Assembly (NCBI GenBank): GCA_951406725.2
Contig: OX597825.1
Span: forward strand, 47,430,001 to 47,494,000
Length of the DNA stretch: 64,000 nucleotides
Direction: 5' to 3'
Origin: Octopus vulgaris
Lineage: Eukaryota
How positions within the stretch are numbered: the first letter of the stretch is position 1; the number at the start of each line of letters is the position of its first letter. Of the stretch, positions 13,574-28,779 are shown one piece after another. The position numbers were made by a program, and so were the translations under genes. The notes below the pieces were generated by a model. The model worked only from the letters and a program-made list of their open reading frames with translations. It searched no databases and was not told the DNA's origin.

Positions 13574-14498
13574 TATATGTATTTTATTTACTATATGAAT
13601 GTGAATGTGTTATTATTATATGAACCTTCACAGAAGTGCATTAAGTGACCACATGATGTTTGTATATCATTATTAGTTATTACTGTCATATACCGGTAGA
13701 AATAAGTGACCCAACATTCCTCCCTTGTAATGGCCTCTCTATTATGAATTGGTTTTATTTCAATTTTTGAAATTCAAAATGAGATGCAAGTATCTTTGTA
13801 TTGTATTTAAGGAAAATAAATTTAATTTGTATGTTTTCTTCTTCTCATGTGATGAAAGGTGTTGGGTCTATTGCCATCTTTAGTTTTCCAACATTAATGA
13901 CATTTGACCTAAAACTTGCAAGTCGCTGGCTGTGTTTGTGTACTTAGAGAGCACGTGAGCCAACACTAAGCTAAGTTAAAGGTTCACTCAGTTTCGTGAC
14001 TGAAGCAAAGGATTATAACCAGTATAAAACACAGAAATGTACATGAGATGTAAGCTTAGCTCTCAATTCAATGTGCAGAGATATGGATGTGTAGAAGATG
14101 GAAATAGAATTGGAAATAGGTTGACTAGATGTTGTCAACAAGTACCTCAAAGCCAATGGTGCAGTCTATTCGTGATGGCTCGAACCACTAGAAATAACAG
14201 TGAAATTTCCATTAAATTTCACCCTAATTCCTTGAAAAGAGAGGGTTTTATTGGATAATATATTCCTCGATATACAGTGTGTGAGACAAAGATGGGGTGG
14301 ATATGATTAGAATGTTTTGTTCACATGACTGCTCAATCAGAGCAGACTTGAGGCTAAACAACATAGGCTTCAATGGTAACCCCATTTACATAATTGGTAG
14401 CAGCTAAGAAACTAGAAATACAAGAATAATACTGGAAAGTTTGTTGTAATTCGTTGTTTTTAAACACAATTAACTGAACATCATTTTCTCCATTACAG

Positions 14499-14625
14499 GT
14501 TTAAAGTAAGTGATATGAACCTTCATAGAAGTGCATTAAGTGCCTGCGTTGTTAAAGGACTACAAGATGTGAGCAAATATATTTACGAGCGCGCACAGGA
14601 TGATAGTGCTTGGAAGTGGTTTTAA
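14499..14625 (+). CDS. KLHL10: Terminal coding exon of a Kelch-like protein 10-like gene (upstream paralog; earlier exons not found in the window)
   Basis: Acceptor ttttctccattacag|G; reads (W)FKVSDMNLHRSALSACVVKGLQDVSKYIYERAQDDSAWKWF*, resembling the last Kelch repeat and C-terminus of KLHL10; AATAAA at ~14684. Confidence 0.8.
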
Positions 14626-16395
14626 CAAGTACGAAAAATATGAGTTTATTGCCTTATACCCAAAGTTGGTCGGGCAATGTGTTAATAAATTGATTTTTCT
14701 TTTAGCTCATGTTTCTTTACCTTTTAAACAAAGTAATATAAGCTAGGAGGTATTGCTAATTACCGTTTAGTATTGTTTTAAGTTTCACTATATTTTATCA
14801 TGTGGTTGAAGATTGATAAGTTTGATGTTTTTATAAGTTTAAACTTGAGAATTGTTAAACTTAGTCAATTCAACTTTGTCAATTCTACGTGACATCTGTT
14901 TTGTATGAGAAATATATATATTTGTATGTACACGATGTGTAGGAAGTGTCAGATTAACATAGTTAACAAAAGCATAGGCTGAAAGGTCCCACCTTTTCAG
15001 GGACCAACGCTAAATATTTTATCATCACAGTACTCTTCTGGGGAACCACTGGATGCTTAGCGTTGACTCAAAACTTTCAGGATCCAATATATTTTAAATA
15101 AAATAAATGCAATATATTTAATGTCAACGGTATATGAGTAAACTTTGCAAACTAATTTAGTTGTTCATCCAAACGTACTACCATCATAAACATGCCTTTT
15201 TACAGAGTAAACGCGTAGAGGACATTCTTCGTTAACAGATGTGCCATAATCATCAACATTCAGGCTTATCATCGATTTAAACCGCTGTTGTATTAACGAA
15301 TGTTGATTATAAGGAAACTAGTTGTTAAAGAGCCTACGAATACAAATATTGGTTTTGGTTAAAGGGCATGCAGCCTGACCCAAAGTTGTAGGGTCAGTCA
15401 ATACAGTTCGTGAGAGCAATACCGGATCATAGTGTCCATGACGATACAACAATGTATCAGTAGTCACACTGCAAGTGACAATCGTTGTAGTAATGGTAAC
15501 TGCTCCAATCATACTAGCCGATAGAGAGTAGACAGTTTTATATAGGAGCAATGGACAACAGACCAGCTATAGAACCATCACTTTAGATACAGCCTTCCTA
15601 AACTTCCCAGATATCACTATACGGAACAGAGATCGGCTCGTCAATTAAATATTCATGGAGCAGAGAGACGGCCAAGCTCACAGAAGAACTACCGAGTGCA
15701 TATCAGACCAACTTTTAAGAACTCAGATGGCTAATCTTTTCATTACCACTGATATATACATAAGGTTTGTTATGAAAAGATTAGGTTGTTTCTTTTGCCA
15801 CAAAATAAACAGACGCGCTATGTAGTCATAGACATTTCTGATATGAGGAAGGAGCTGGTTTCTGACAAAGATACAAAGCTCCGTCATTCCAATGTAGATA
15901 ACGAAGACAATGCCACATTTCAAAAGTTTTGCGTATTTTTATTGCTCCACTTACAGATTGTATTTGTAATGCGAATCAGTTGGTTGATTTCTTTTTCTGA
16001 AAGCCCAAGCTTATGCAGACTGTCAGATTTTACTCACGAAACCAAGTGCACCAATTATTGGTATAAATGTAAATTGGTAATCTTGATAGTGAAGCTGGAA
16101 GTTTCGAAGCAGTTATCCATAGTTATCCACCTTCACTTTGATTTTCAAAGAGATATTCACATCAGTAGTACAGTTTACCACTATCACGGTACATACTTTT
16201 GTCTTTTCTATCCAATACAATATCCGGCCGGTTTTCCTTACACTTCCGAGATGTTTTGTTGGAATATTCCACCAGAGTTCCTTGAGCTGTTGTTTGTGTG
16301 CGTATTCCATGTATGTATGCATATATGTATGTATATGAATATATATGTCTGCGCGTGTATATCTTATATTGTCATATTATATATATATATATATA

Positions 16396-16755
16396 ACAAT
16401 TGCAGCGTGGAAGGTGTTTATAAGCCATTTAAGAAACACACAAAAGCCGTTCGACTCACTTCAACATTTAAGTTTAATTTGTCAAAATATTTTCGTCGCT
16501 AAAATCCGCGACCTGTTCATATATATATGACGAACTAACTGTTACTTTCTCAGATGCAGCACGGATTTTTGTCAGTGAACAGGTCGCGGATTTTAGCGAC
16601 GAAAATATTTTGACAAATTAAACTTAAATGTTGAAGTGAATCGAACGGCTTTTGTGTGTTTCTTAAATGGCTTATAAACACCTTCCACGCTGCAATTGTT
16701 TTCGTTTCAGCACACGATCTCAGATCAAATCACTTGCTATGCGAGTACATCTCCG

Positions 16756-16758
<3 letters not shown>
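16396..16758 (+). mobile_element. ~230-bp non-coding hammerhead-variant element (16529-16758) preceded by an inverted partial copy (16396-16520)
   Basis: A second full copy at 40251-40482 (-) has the same termini; both are embedded in (TA)n. Confidence 0.8.
16568..16617 (+). ncRNA. Hammerhead-like motif with a G3-C8 swapped core
   Basis: TTTGTCA-GTGAACA-g-GTCGC ggatttta GCGAC-GAA-AATATT-T-TGACAAA. 7-bp stem I, 5-bp stem II, palindromic AATATT. Confidence 0.6.
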
Positions 16759-16834
<76 letters not shown>

Positions 16835-16850
16835 TGTATGTATATATCAT

Positions 16851-16969
16851 ATTTAAAGTTAGTACAAGGCATGAGGATGACTTCCTGTGGTTGTATTAGG
16901 AATTTAGCTGCTATTTCTAAACAGGTCGATGCTCTCTCCGCATCCTCATGCCTTGGGCTAACTTTAAAT
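16851..16969. repeat. MITE-like 119-bp inverted repeat
   Basis: 29-bp arms ATTTAAAGTTAG(ta/cc)CAAGGCATGAGGATG with 2 mismatches. Confidence 0.7.
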
Positions 16970-17129
16970 TTTATAGCTAAATAATGCTAATAGGCCTGTT
17001 GAATCACCTATGTTACTGATATTAATATTATCAATTAAGAATATTCACTGCAGATATTAACAATAGTAACATTTTACTTCGAGTGTAAACACTCGAATGT
17101 TTTTGCTCATGTATACATACATACATACA

Positions 17130-17204
<75 letters not shown>

Positions 17205-17287
17205 AAAAAACAATAATGATTGCGTGCGTTACATAAATAATATTTTCAGGATTAAATAAAAAACAAAGGAAAACATGACGTACCTGC

Positions 17288-17362
<75 letters not shown>

Positions 17363-17374
17363 TAAAAAAGCTTG

Positions 17375-17920
17375 TAGAAAATAAACTTAAGAGATTTTAC
17401 TAAGTACACAGACGAAAGGAAAACACAGAAGGTCACCAACTCTTCTTCAGTTATCAGTCAGAGACTCAAGCTCAATTTCAGCCACTATCGATAAAATTTC
17501 CTCCACTCTGGAGGCACCGGCAAGAAACTTGACGGGAATGGGACTAAAACATAACAAAGCAATAAATAGAATAAAGGCTTAGGGCCACACGGAGGCAATA
17601 ATTAAAATGATAATACATGTACAGCAAAAAAACCTTAGGGGTGCAAGTTAAGACAAGAATGGGTGACGCGAAGGAGAAATGAATGTCTTCGGGTGGCCCT
17701 AAGCCTTTATTCTTATTATTGTTTTATTATGTTTTAATCCAGTTCCCGGTAAGTTTCTTGCCGGTGACCCTAGAGTGGAAGCAATGTTATTGATAATGGC
17801 CGAAATTGTGTTTGACCCTCTGACCGATTACTAAAGAGGAGTTGGTGACCTGTGTTTTCCGTTCGTCTGTGTATACAAAGTATTGTATATAAATGTGTGT
17901 TTATTTTCTACAGGTTTTTT
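17375..17920. repeat. Diverged inverted repeat of a TE terminal fragment
   Basis: 17375-17590 is approximately the reverse complement of 17695-17920 (e.g. AGGTCACCAACTC / GAGTTGGTGACCT). Confidence 0.7.
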
Positions 17921-17947
17921 TAATGTATGTATGTATATATAATAATA

Positions 17948-18036
<89 letters not shown>

Positions 18037-18169
18037 TACTACTACTACTACTGTTATTATTATTATTATTATCATCATATATATCTATATATATATACAA
18101 GTATGTAATATATTCCGTTGTTTTTTTTTTGTTTAATCTCCAATAAAATATATATATATAGACAAACAC

Positions 18170-19055
18170 TTTCCATCCACTCTCAAATGCAGGAATATAT
18201 TTGATAGGCTTTCTCTGAAATTATCATATAGCTGCTGCCCCAGTATGAAAAGTATCATTACTGGTGGTCAGCACCAAGAACCTGAATCCAGCTGCAACTG
18301 TCACGACCCAGCATCCTGTCCACTTGACCAATGATGTATAACTAAATCTATCATAAATAAGGCAGATGTTACTGCAATCCTAAATAATAGAATTGATAAG
18401 ATCTATCTTGAATTATGTAAAGGAGATTTTAAAAAACCACTATGCCTATGACATAGCCTCCTTCCGACAGAGAGACAAAAGTAACGCTACTAAGTTGGTT
18501 AGCTATGTATGGACTTTAGAAGATAACGAAACACCGCATGCCATTAAATGGAAAGTAATTGAGAAAGCCATACCTTGTGTGAATGAATCGAATAAATGTA
18601 GATCTTGTTAGGTTGAAAGAGCGCAGACCCTGTTCAGATCTAAGATCCCTAAATATATTCTGAAGAATTGGGAAAATTCCACCCATTCCTGACTGACTTG
18701 ATATCTTTCCAGCCTTATCATTTAAGGTCTAAGGAGGATAGATCTTTTACCTTTTACTTTATATTCTTGACATTTTAGCTTATGTTTTCGTCCTCCGTCT
18801 TTCGTTTTCCATTGTTTTCTGTCTGCGTTTTCTAATTGCTGCCTCCTCAGTGTTTTCGCGCTTCTTCTATTATTCACATTCTCTAGTTTGTTATGATATG
18901 TGGTTTGCACCTGAAGAATATGTTTGAGTTTTCTCAACATATGAAACTATTAGTAGTGCTTTGATACATGTTTTGTGATATTTAAATAAATATTATTTAT
19001 CTCTCACCAGTTGGAGTTTTTTTGGGGGGTTGGATTTTCTTCACGGATCATTACA
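18170..19055 (+). mobile_element. Penelope-like 3' fragment (GIY-YIG remnant plus terminal repeat)
   Basis: CNCHDPASCPLD, KSNATKLVSYVWTL...IKWKVIEKAIPC...KCRSC; hammerhead downstream. Confidence 0.8.
18907..18959 (+). ncRNA. Type I hammerhead ribozyme, canonical core
   Basis: GCAC-CTGAAGA-ATATGTTtGAG tttt CTCAACATAT-GAA-ACT att AGT-A-GTGC. Confidence 0.85.
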
Positions 19056-19084
19056 CTATATATATATATATATATATATATATT

Positions 19085-19906
19085 TTATAAAGGGCTTAGT
19101 AAAATAAATTACTTTGCCACATACTGAACTCATTAGAAATAGCAGCCAAAAAAAAAATTTTTTTAGCCATTTCTAATACTTAAAGAAAATTTCTCTCAGA
19201 TAGTGTTTACTCAAAATAGCCCACGAAGGTATGGGGGTAAAAACATTAAAAAATCACAAGTGCAAAGATTATTTGAGAACGTACGTTTCTAGATCAGCCA
19301 AATACAATTCGATATTTCTTTCGTCAGCTCAAAATTCCTTAATTCGGATTTGTAAACACTGAAAGTAGGAGCATACCCTTTTGGCGACTTTTCACCTCCG
19401 AAGATCCGTTCAAACTAACAGTGCCAACAAATTCAAAATATGCAAGCGAAGAATTTCTGCTCTCCCCTTTCCACCCACGTGGGCTAACCTAGCAAACACC
19501 ATAATTTTATCGGTGAAAACCGAAGCATTAAACAGAGAGAAATGAATTATAATTTCAAAAATTGAGGGTAAAATTAATTAATTATTAATCAATTTCACCA
19601 AGTATTCAGTATGTAAAGGGACCATTTAAGGCGAATTCAAAATATTACATTTTATAAAGGGCTTAGTAAAATAAATTACTTTGCCACATACTGAACTCAT
19701 AAGAAATAGCAGCCCAAAAAAATTTTTTTAGCCATTTCTAATACTTAAAGAAAATTTCTCTCAGATAGTGTTTACTCAAAATAGCCCACGAAGGTATGGG
19801 GGTAAAAACATTAAAAAATCACAAGTGCAAAGATGGTCCCTTTACATACTGAATACTTGGTGAAATTGATTAATAATTAATTAATTTTACCCTCAATTGT
19901 TGAAAT

Positions 19907-19910
<4 letters not shown>
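19085..19910 (-). mobile_element. ~567-bp non-coding unit in partial tandem (1.3 copies) with a short terminal inversion; contains a hammerhead
   Basis: 19085-19268 is repeated at 19652-19834; 19833-19910 is an inverted copy of 19547-19624; same family at 30921-31626. Confidence 0.85.
19272..19333 (-). ncRNA. Minimal type I hammerhead ribozyme
   Basis: Minus strand reads TTTGAG-CTGACGA-aAGA...TCTa-GAA-AC GTAC GT-T-CTCAAA; palindrome ACGTACGT. Confidence 0.75.
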
Positions 19911-19950
<40 letters not shown>

Positions 19951-20112
19951 CATTATAATTTATAATTATAAAATGTAAATACAAATAGATAAATATAAAT
20001 ACTATATTCTATTGTACCATGATTAACTATACAAAGAAGTTACAAACCCCTTCACAATCCATAGAACTTACACCAGTATATACGAGGATAAATAGGTATA
20101 CAAAACACAATA

Positions 20113-20247
20113 GGCGCAGGGGTGGCTCTGTGGTAAGAAGCTTGCTTCAACCACATGTTTCCGGGTTCAGTACCACTGCGTGACACCTTGGGCAAGTGTC
20201 TTCCTTGTGAGTGGATTTGATAGACGCAAACTCAAAGAAGCCCGTCG

Positions 20248-20298
<51 letters not shown>

Positions 20299-20497
20299 CT
20301 ATGTTTGTCCCAACATTGCTTGACAACATCGCTTGATGCTGGTGTGTTTTTGTCCCCGTAACTTAGCGGTTCAGCAAAAGGCCGATAAATAAGCACCACG
20401 CTTACAAAGAATAAGTCCTGGGATCGATTAGCTCGACTAAATGCGGTGCTCCAGCATGGCCACAGTCAAAGGACTGAAACAAGTAAAAGAATAAATG
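20113..20497 (+). mobile_element. tRNA-derived SINE, near full length
   Basis: A-box TGGCTCTGTGG, B-box-like GGTTCAGTACC, internal (TA)n(TG)n, 3' tail GCGGTGCTCCAGCATGGCCACAGTCAAAGGACTGAAAC. Confidence 0.85.
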
Positions 20498-20749
20498 AAA
20501 AGAAATGAATAATATAAAAGAATAAATAAAATAAACTAAAAAAAGAATAAAAGGATTTATAAAATAAAAGCAGACATAAAGATTAACATTTTATATTGTA
20601 AAAACCATAAAATACTGGATATAAAAAGAGTAAAAGAATATGAAATAAGGATTAGCCGAGGTATTCTTAACAAAAGCAAATTTTAAAATATATACAGTAA
20701 GACAACGGTACCATTGGATGTGGTTATATAAAATATTTGTAAAATGTAA

Positions 20750-22080
20750 TATTACAGGTACTGATGTGTGTTGAATCATACAGTTCCTAGGGTAAGCGTA
20801 AGAACTGGTAATTCATTGTAAATATACTGATTATGACTGATAGAACTGAAAGAAAAACACTGTAATCTAAGTACAGGATCAATGCCGAATAAACTGGTAG
20901 GAGCTATATTAGGGCAGTATTATATGTAATTCCATACATTAGCGAGTATGTTATTAACACACTAGTTAATTTCTGCTACCAAATCATAGCACGATAAATA
21001 TAATATTATTTGTTTTTACAATATTTAAATGTACGGGTGATGCTATGCACACAGGATAACATGCACTCTTATATTTTCCAAAGTTTCTTTAAATAAGTTT
21101 ATCTTTTGTAGAACTGCTAATTTTTTTAGCACTTAATCTTTGGTTTTCAGTTGAAAGAAAATGTGTACCCCTTCTTGGATGAAATTTGAATTAATCATAG
21201 GTTCATTGTTGAATTGTTTTATTGTGACAACCTTAACATTATGCTAGGATGAAGCATTATGAGGTTTCTGTTTTATATAAAAGTACTCCATTTTTAGGGC
21301 TCAGATTGTTTCATGTATCCTTCTTCTCTTACTTGGTGCTTAAATCCCTTTCTAAATTTTATTATTTACTATACAAAATATAATAATATATAAATTTTGC
21401 TAAATTTGGATAAATATATTTCCCCTGAACCCTTAATGCCTTAATGCCCAATTGTGACCGTTTTTTGCTTTCTATTTTAGGCCCTCTTTCTGTTATCACC
21501 TATATACTATTGTCTTGCTAGCATCTTCTGAGGCATGTTCTTTTATGTAAGTACAGTAAAACAGGTGTCGGGAAGCGTAGCTGACATTAATTATATTTAT
21601 CACCAGCAGCAAGAACTTAACAGTCAATTCCCAATGGTGTTAATTCTAAGGGGGTGTAGAATACTTGCTGCATTGGATCTTTTGATTGTGATGAGAATAA
21701 AATTGCCTGTAGCTATATCACCACAACTATTTCTTGACACCCATTGCTATTTTCCTCTGCCACTCTAAATCGCAGTAGACCTTAAGTATTATCTCCCTAA
21801 ATTTCATTCTGCTACAATAATCTCAGTGAGCAATGTAATTGCTTTATTCTTTAGTTCAGATGCAAACTTTGCTAAAATAATTATAATGGAATATCTTGCA
21901 TGTTGAAAACTTACGAATTTAGGCATCCAAGGATAGCGGGTTATTTTTAATTGATGTAATGCTTGCATTGATCGATTAAACAGAGCAACTTGAAACGGCT
22001 GTAATGCACTAATAACTGGACATCATTGTGATTTATTTGCTTTTTATTGACCCAACTTCGAGCAGTGCGGACAATACCGG
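20750..22080 (-). mobile_element. Possible highly decayed LINE RT remnant
   Basis: Faint KDP...Y.P motif near 21650-21700 on the minus strand; no sustained ORF. Confidence 0.3.
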
Positions 22081-22133
22081 ACTGAATTAGTGCCCGAATT
22101 TAAGTACCTAATTCAAGTGAATCTTAATTATTT

Positions 22134-22172
<39 letters not shown>

Positions 22173-22244
22173 TTATAAGTATATATATATATATTTATTG
22201 ATAAGTATACATATATACATACGTATATATATATACATAAATAT

Positions 22245-22316
<72 letters not shown>

Positions 22317-22323
<7 letters not shown>

Positions 22324-23263
22324 TATAGGATAAACATTTTTTCGGGAAAAATTTTTTATCAATGGCCAGCATATCAAAAACTGCCTTTAAAGGTTAAATT
22401 TATAAATAATTTACAAGATAAGGGCAGAAGAAAAATTCTAATGCCAAATATCCCGAAACAAAAAATTGTCGATAACCATTATAATTTATGCGTCTCGAAA
22501 CAAACAGAAATAAATCTCTAAAAAATTCGTTATTACCGTATTGGTCCAATTTCGGGGTTAATTCATAACAAAATTTTCCCCTCTTCAGCGGCAAATACGC
22601 GAGATATAAGTGAAATACTTATTCATACCCATGGAAAAAGCAAGCACTAAGTCCTGAGCAGACTTAAGTACCCCAAATATATCCAAAAGAGAAAAATCTT
22701 CGGCACACCTCGAGACGCATAAATTATAATGGTTATCGACAATTTTTTGTTCCGGCATATTTGGCATTAGAATTTTTCTTCTGCCCTTATCTTGTAAATT
22801 ATTTATAAATTTAACCTTTAAAGGCATTTTTTGATATGCTAGCCATTGATAAAAATTTTTTCCCGAAAAAGTTTTTATCCTATATTAATTATAAATTGAT
22901 TAGTGTTTACTTCCGGATTCTCTCACTCCGTGAAAGTCTCTAGTTCGAATCACACGTGTCTCGAGGTGTGCCGAAGATTTTTCTATTTTGGATATATTTG
23001 GGGTACTTAAGTCTGCTCAGAACTTAGTGCTTGCTTTTTCCATGGGTATGAGTAAGTATTTCACTTATATCTCGCGTATTTGCCGCTGAAGAGGGGAAAA
23101 TTTTGTTATGAATTAACCCCGTAATTGGCCCAATACGGTAATAACGAATTTTTAGAGATTTCTATCGGTTTGTTTAGAGACGCATAAGTTATAATGGTTA
23201 TCGACAATTTTTTGTTTCGGCATATTTGGCATTAGAATTTTTCTTCTGCCCTTATCTTGTAAA
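22317..23263. mobile_element. 465-bp-period non-coding hammerhead unit: one inverted copy plus a partial tandem
   Basis: 22711-22892 is the reverse complement of 22317-22497; 22960-23263 is the reverse complement of 22415-22714; GAGACGCATAA recurs at 22712 and 23177. Confidence 0.85.
22533..22594 (-). ncRNA. Type I hammerhead ribozyme (plus-strand copy at 23080-23141 has GAA>GTA)
   Basis: Minus strand reads TTGCCG-CTGAAGA-GGGG[20 nt]CCCC-GAA-ATTG gac CAAT-A-CGGTAA. Confidence 0.8.
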
Positions 23264-23286
23264 GATATATATATATATATACATAA

Positions 23287-23325
<39 letters not shown>

Positions 23326-23359
23326 TAAGAAAGTTTGTTTGTGAAAGCACGTGGGTGAA

Positions 23360-24779
23360 TATATAAGAAAATAGTAAAGAGTGAAAAAACGACAGAAGGC
23401 TTAAATGTTAAAGAATATATATATTTGCGTCAATATGTCTGGAGAATATTGGAAAAATTTTTTTTCCCCTCATAATGACATAATTTTATAATTTTTATAG
23501 AAAGACCGGTTTCGCATTTAGCTCTTCAAATTTCTTGCGACGTTATGTTTATCTTTAATAGCGTTATCCTTGTTTTTTTGCTACGGAGATTTCTAAATAA
23601 GGGAAGGTAGTGCGTGATTTCTTCCGGTGTAAGGGAGATAAAAGAAACATCCCCTTCAACCTTGCAAGAAGGATATGCACAATAGTGTCAGAACAAAATA
23701 CCAGGAACTTCAGACTGCAAGAACTCAAAAACACCTTAATTGACAGACATTACCCAGCTCAACTCAGACGTGCAACAGAAATCAACATAGAAACTTTAAG
23801 AAAAGTTCAACACAACAACACACCTTCCCCGAAAATACTACCTTACATATCTACATACAACCCCAGAAACAAAGAAGCTTTCACCATCATCACCCAGAAT
23901 TTACCAATACTTCATAAAAACCCAAAATTAAAGGAAATTCTAAACATACACCAAATCATTAAAAGCTACAAACAGCTTAAATCACTTAAAAAGATTCTCA
24001 CAAAGGCAAAATTATCTTCTGAAATTACGGATGCAAAAGTAAAAAAATGTGGTAGATCGAACTGTGCAACATGTCCTAACCTACTAGAAGGATCAGAATT
24101 CTTCTTTAAAGAGGGACAGAAATTCAAGATCAAATCTAACTTTACTTGTGCCTCTGAAAACATAATTTATGTCATTAAATGCTCGGGATGCCACCAAGAC
24201 TACGTGGGGTCCACGGGACTATCACTCAGACGTAGGTGCACGCTGCATCGACAACAGATTGCATTCCCAGAATATAGAATGATACCTTTTAGTGAGCACA
24301 TTGAGAAATGCGCAAAGCAACTACAACCACAATTTTTAATCTTTCCATTTTACCAATGTGCTTTCGGATCATCAACAGAAATTAGACTAAACAAGGAAAC
24401 ATTCTTCATTGAAAAGTACAAACCCAGACTCAACTATCCAAACATAATAATACAGAGAAATTAACACTAAGAGAAAAAGGAGAAAAAAATTTTTTTAAGC
24501 GATTATCTCCCTTACACCGGAAGAAATCACGCACTACCTTCCCTTATTTAGAACTCTCCGTAGCAAAAAAACAAGGATAACGCTATTAAAGATAAACATA
24601 ACGTCGCAAGAAATTTGAAGAGCTAAATGCGAAACCGGTCTTTCTTTAAAAATTATAAAATTATGTCATTATAAGGAGGGGAAAAATATTTTTTCCAATA
24701 TTCTCCAGACATATTGACGCAAATATATATATTCTTTAACATTTAAGCCTTCTGTCGTTTTTTCACTCTTTACTATTTT

Positions 24780-24785
<6 letters not shown>
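23360..24785 (+). mobile_element. 5'-truncated Penelope-like element: open thumb/linker/GIY-YIG ORF between ~280-bp inverted terminal repeats
   Basis: ORF 23610-24464 contains KKCGRSNCATC and NIIYVIKCSGCHQDYVGSTG (GIY-YIG); 23360-23640 is the reverse complement of 24505-24785. Confidence 0.9.
24608..24646 (+). ncRNA. Ultra-short hammerhead-like motif (U3 variant); inverted copy at 23499-23536
   Basis: AAGAAA-t-TTGAAGA-GC taaat GC-GAA-ACCGGT-C-TTTCTT. Confidence 0.55.
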
Positions 24786-28005
<3,220 letters not shown>

Positions 28006-28716
28006 TTTCTCCAAAATGAATAAATATTGGATTCATAATTTCTCCTTTAATCCAACGTATCAAAATATTCAAAATCTACCAGCTAAGTATAAAGTTGATG
28101 TATATAAGTATAAAAGAATCTCTGTATTCTCTATGAGTGGTCAGTGTGACCATTTTACATTGATCTAGTTTTCCTAATGCGAACTCTGTTTGCCAAATAG
28201 TAAACAGCCTCTGTAGCATTACAACCCTCTCTCTACCTTAATTTCTTTATATAGAACTTTGATATCTATTTCACCCCTATTTCTATAAATAGAAAATCTT
28301 TCTTGTCTCCTTTCAGTTGATCATTCTTCCCAAACCTTCTAGCGGATCAAAACAGCTGAATATTCTGAATATTCTTCAGTCAGTTAATAAACTCTACTAC
28401 CTTAATGTTCTTAAAATTTAAATCGACATCTTTGTCTGTATATCTACCTTCTCTATAATGTTACAATTGATATGAAAATTATGTATTAATGGAAAACCTC
28501 TATTAATGGCTGATGATTGGTCAAAACTTTAAAACTGTTGTAATACTTACAACATTAAATAAAATGTTGTAGCGTGAAACGATCGTACGAAATTACCGAA
28601 GTTATTCTTGTTGCTTATTTTGATTATAATCACCCCAATAATCTATATGGATAACACCATACAAAATTCTGGTGCATGCATCTAACCATATTTATTTGAA
28701 TCGAAATTTTGCTGAA

Positions 28717-28770
<54 letters not shown>

Positions 28771-28779
28771 GAAATATTT

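Noticed and set aside
15786-16502. 238-aa ORF
   Set aside because: No recognisable domain; it runs through microsatellite and a repeat element, so it is likely a chance ORF
20113-20190. tRNA-like A/B boxes
   Set aside because: SINE head; no full cloverleaf, so not a tRNA gene
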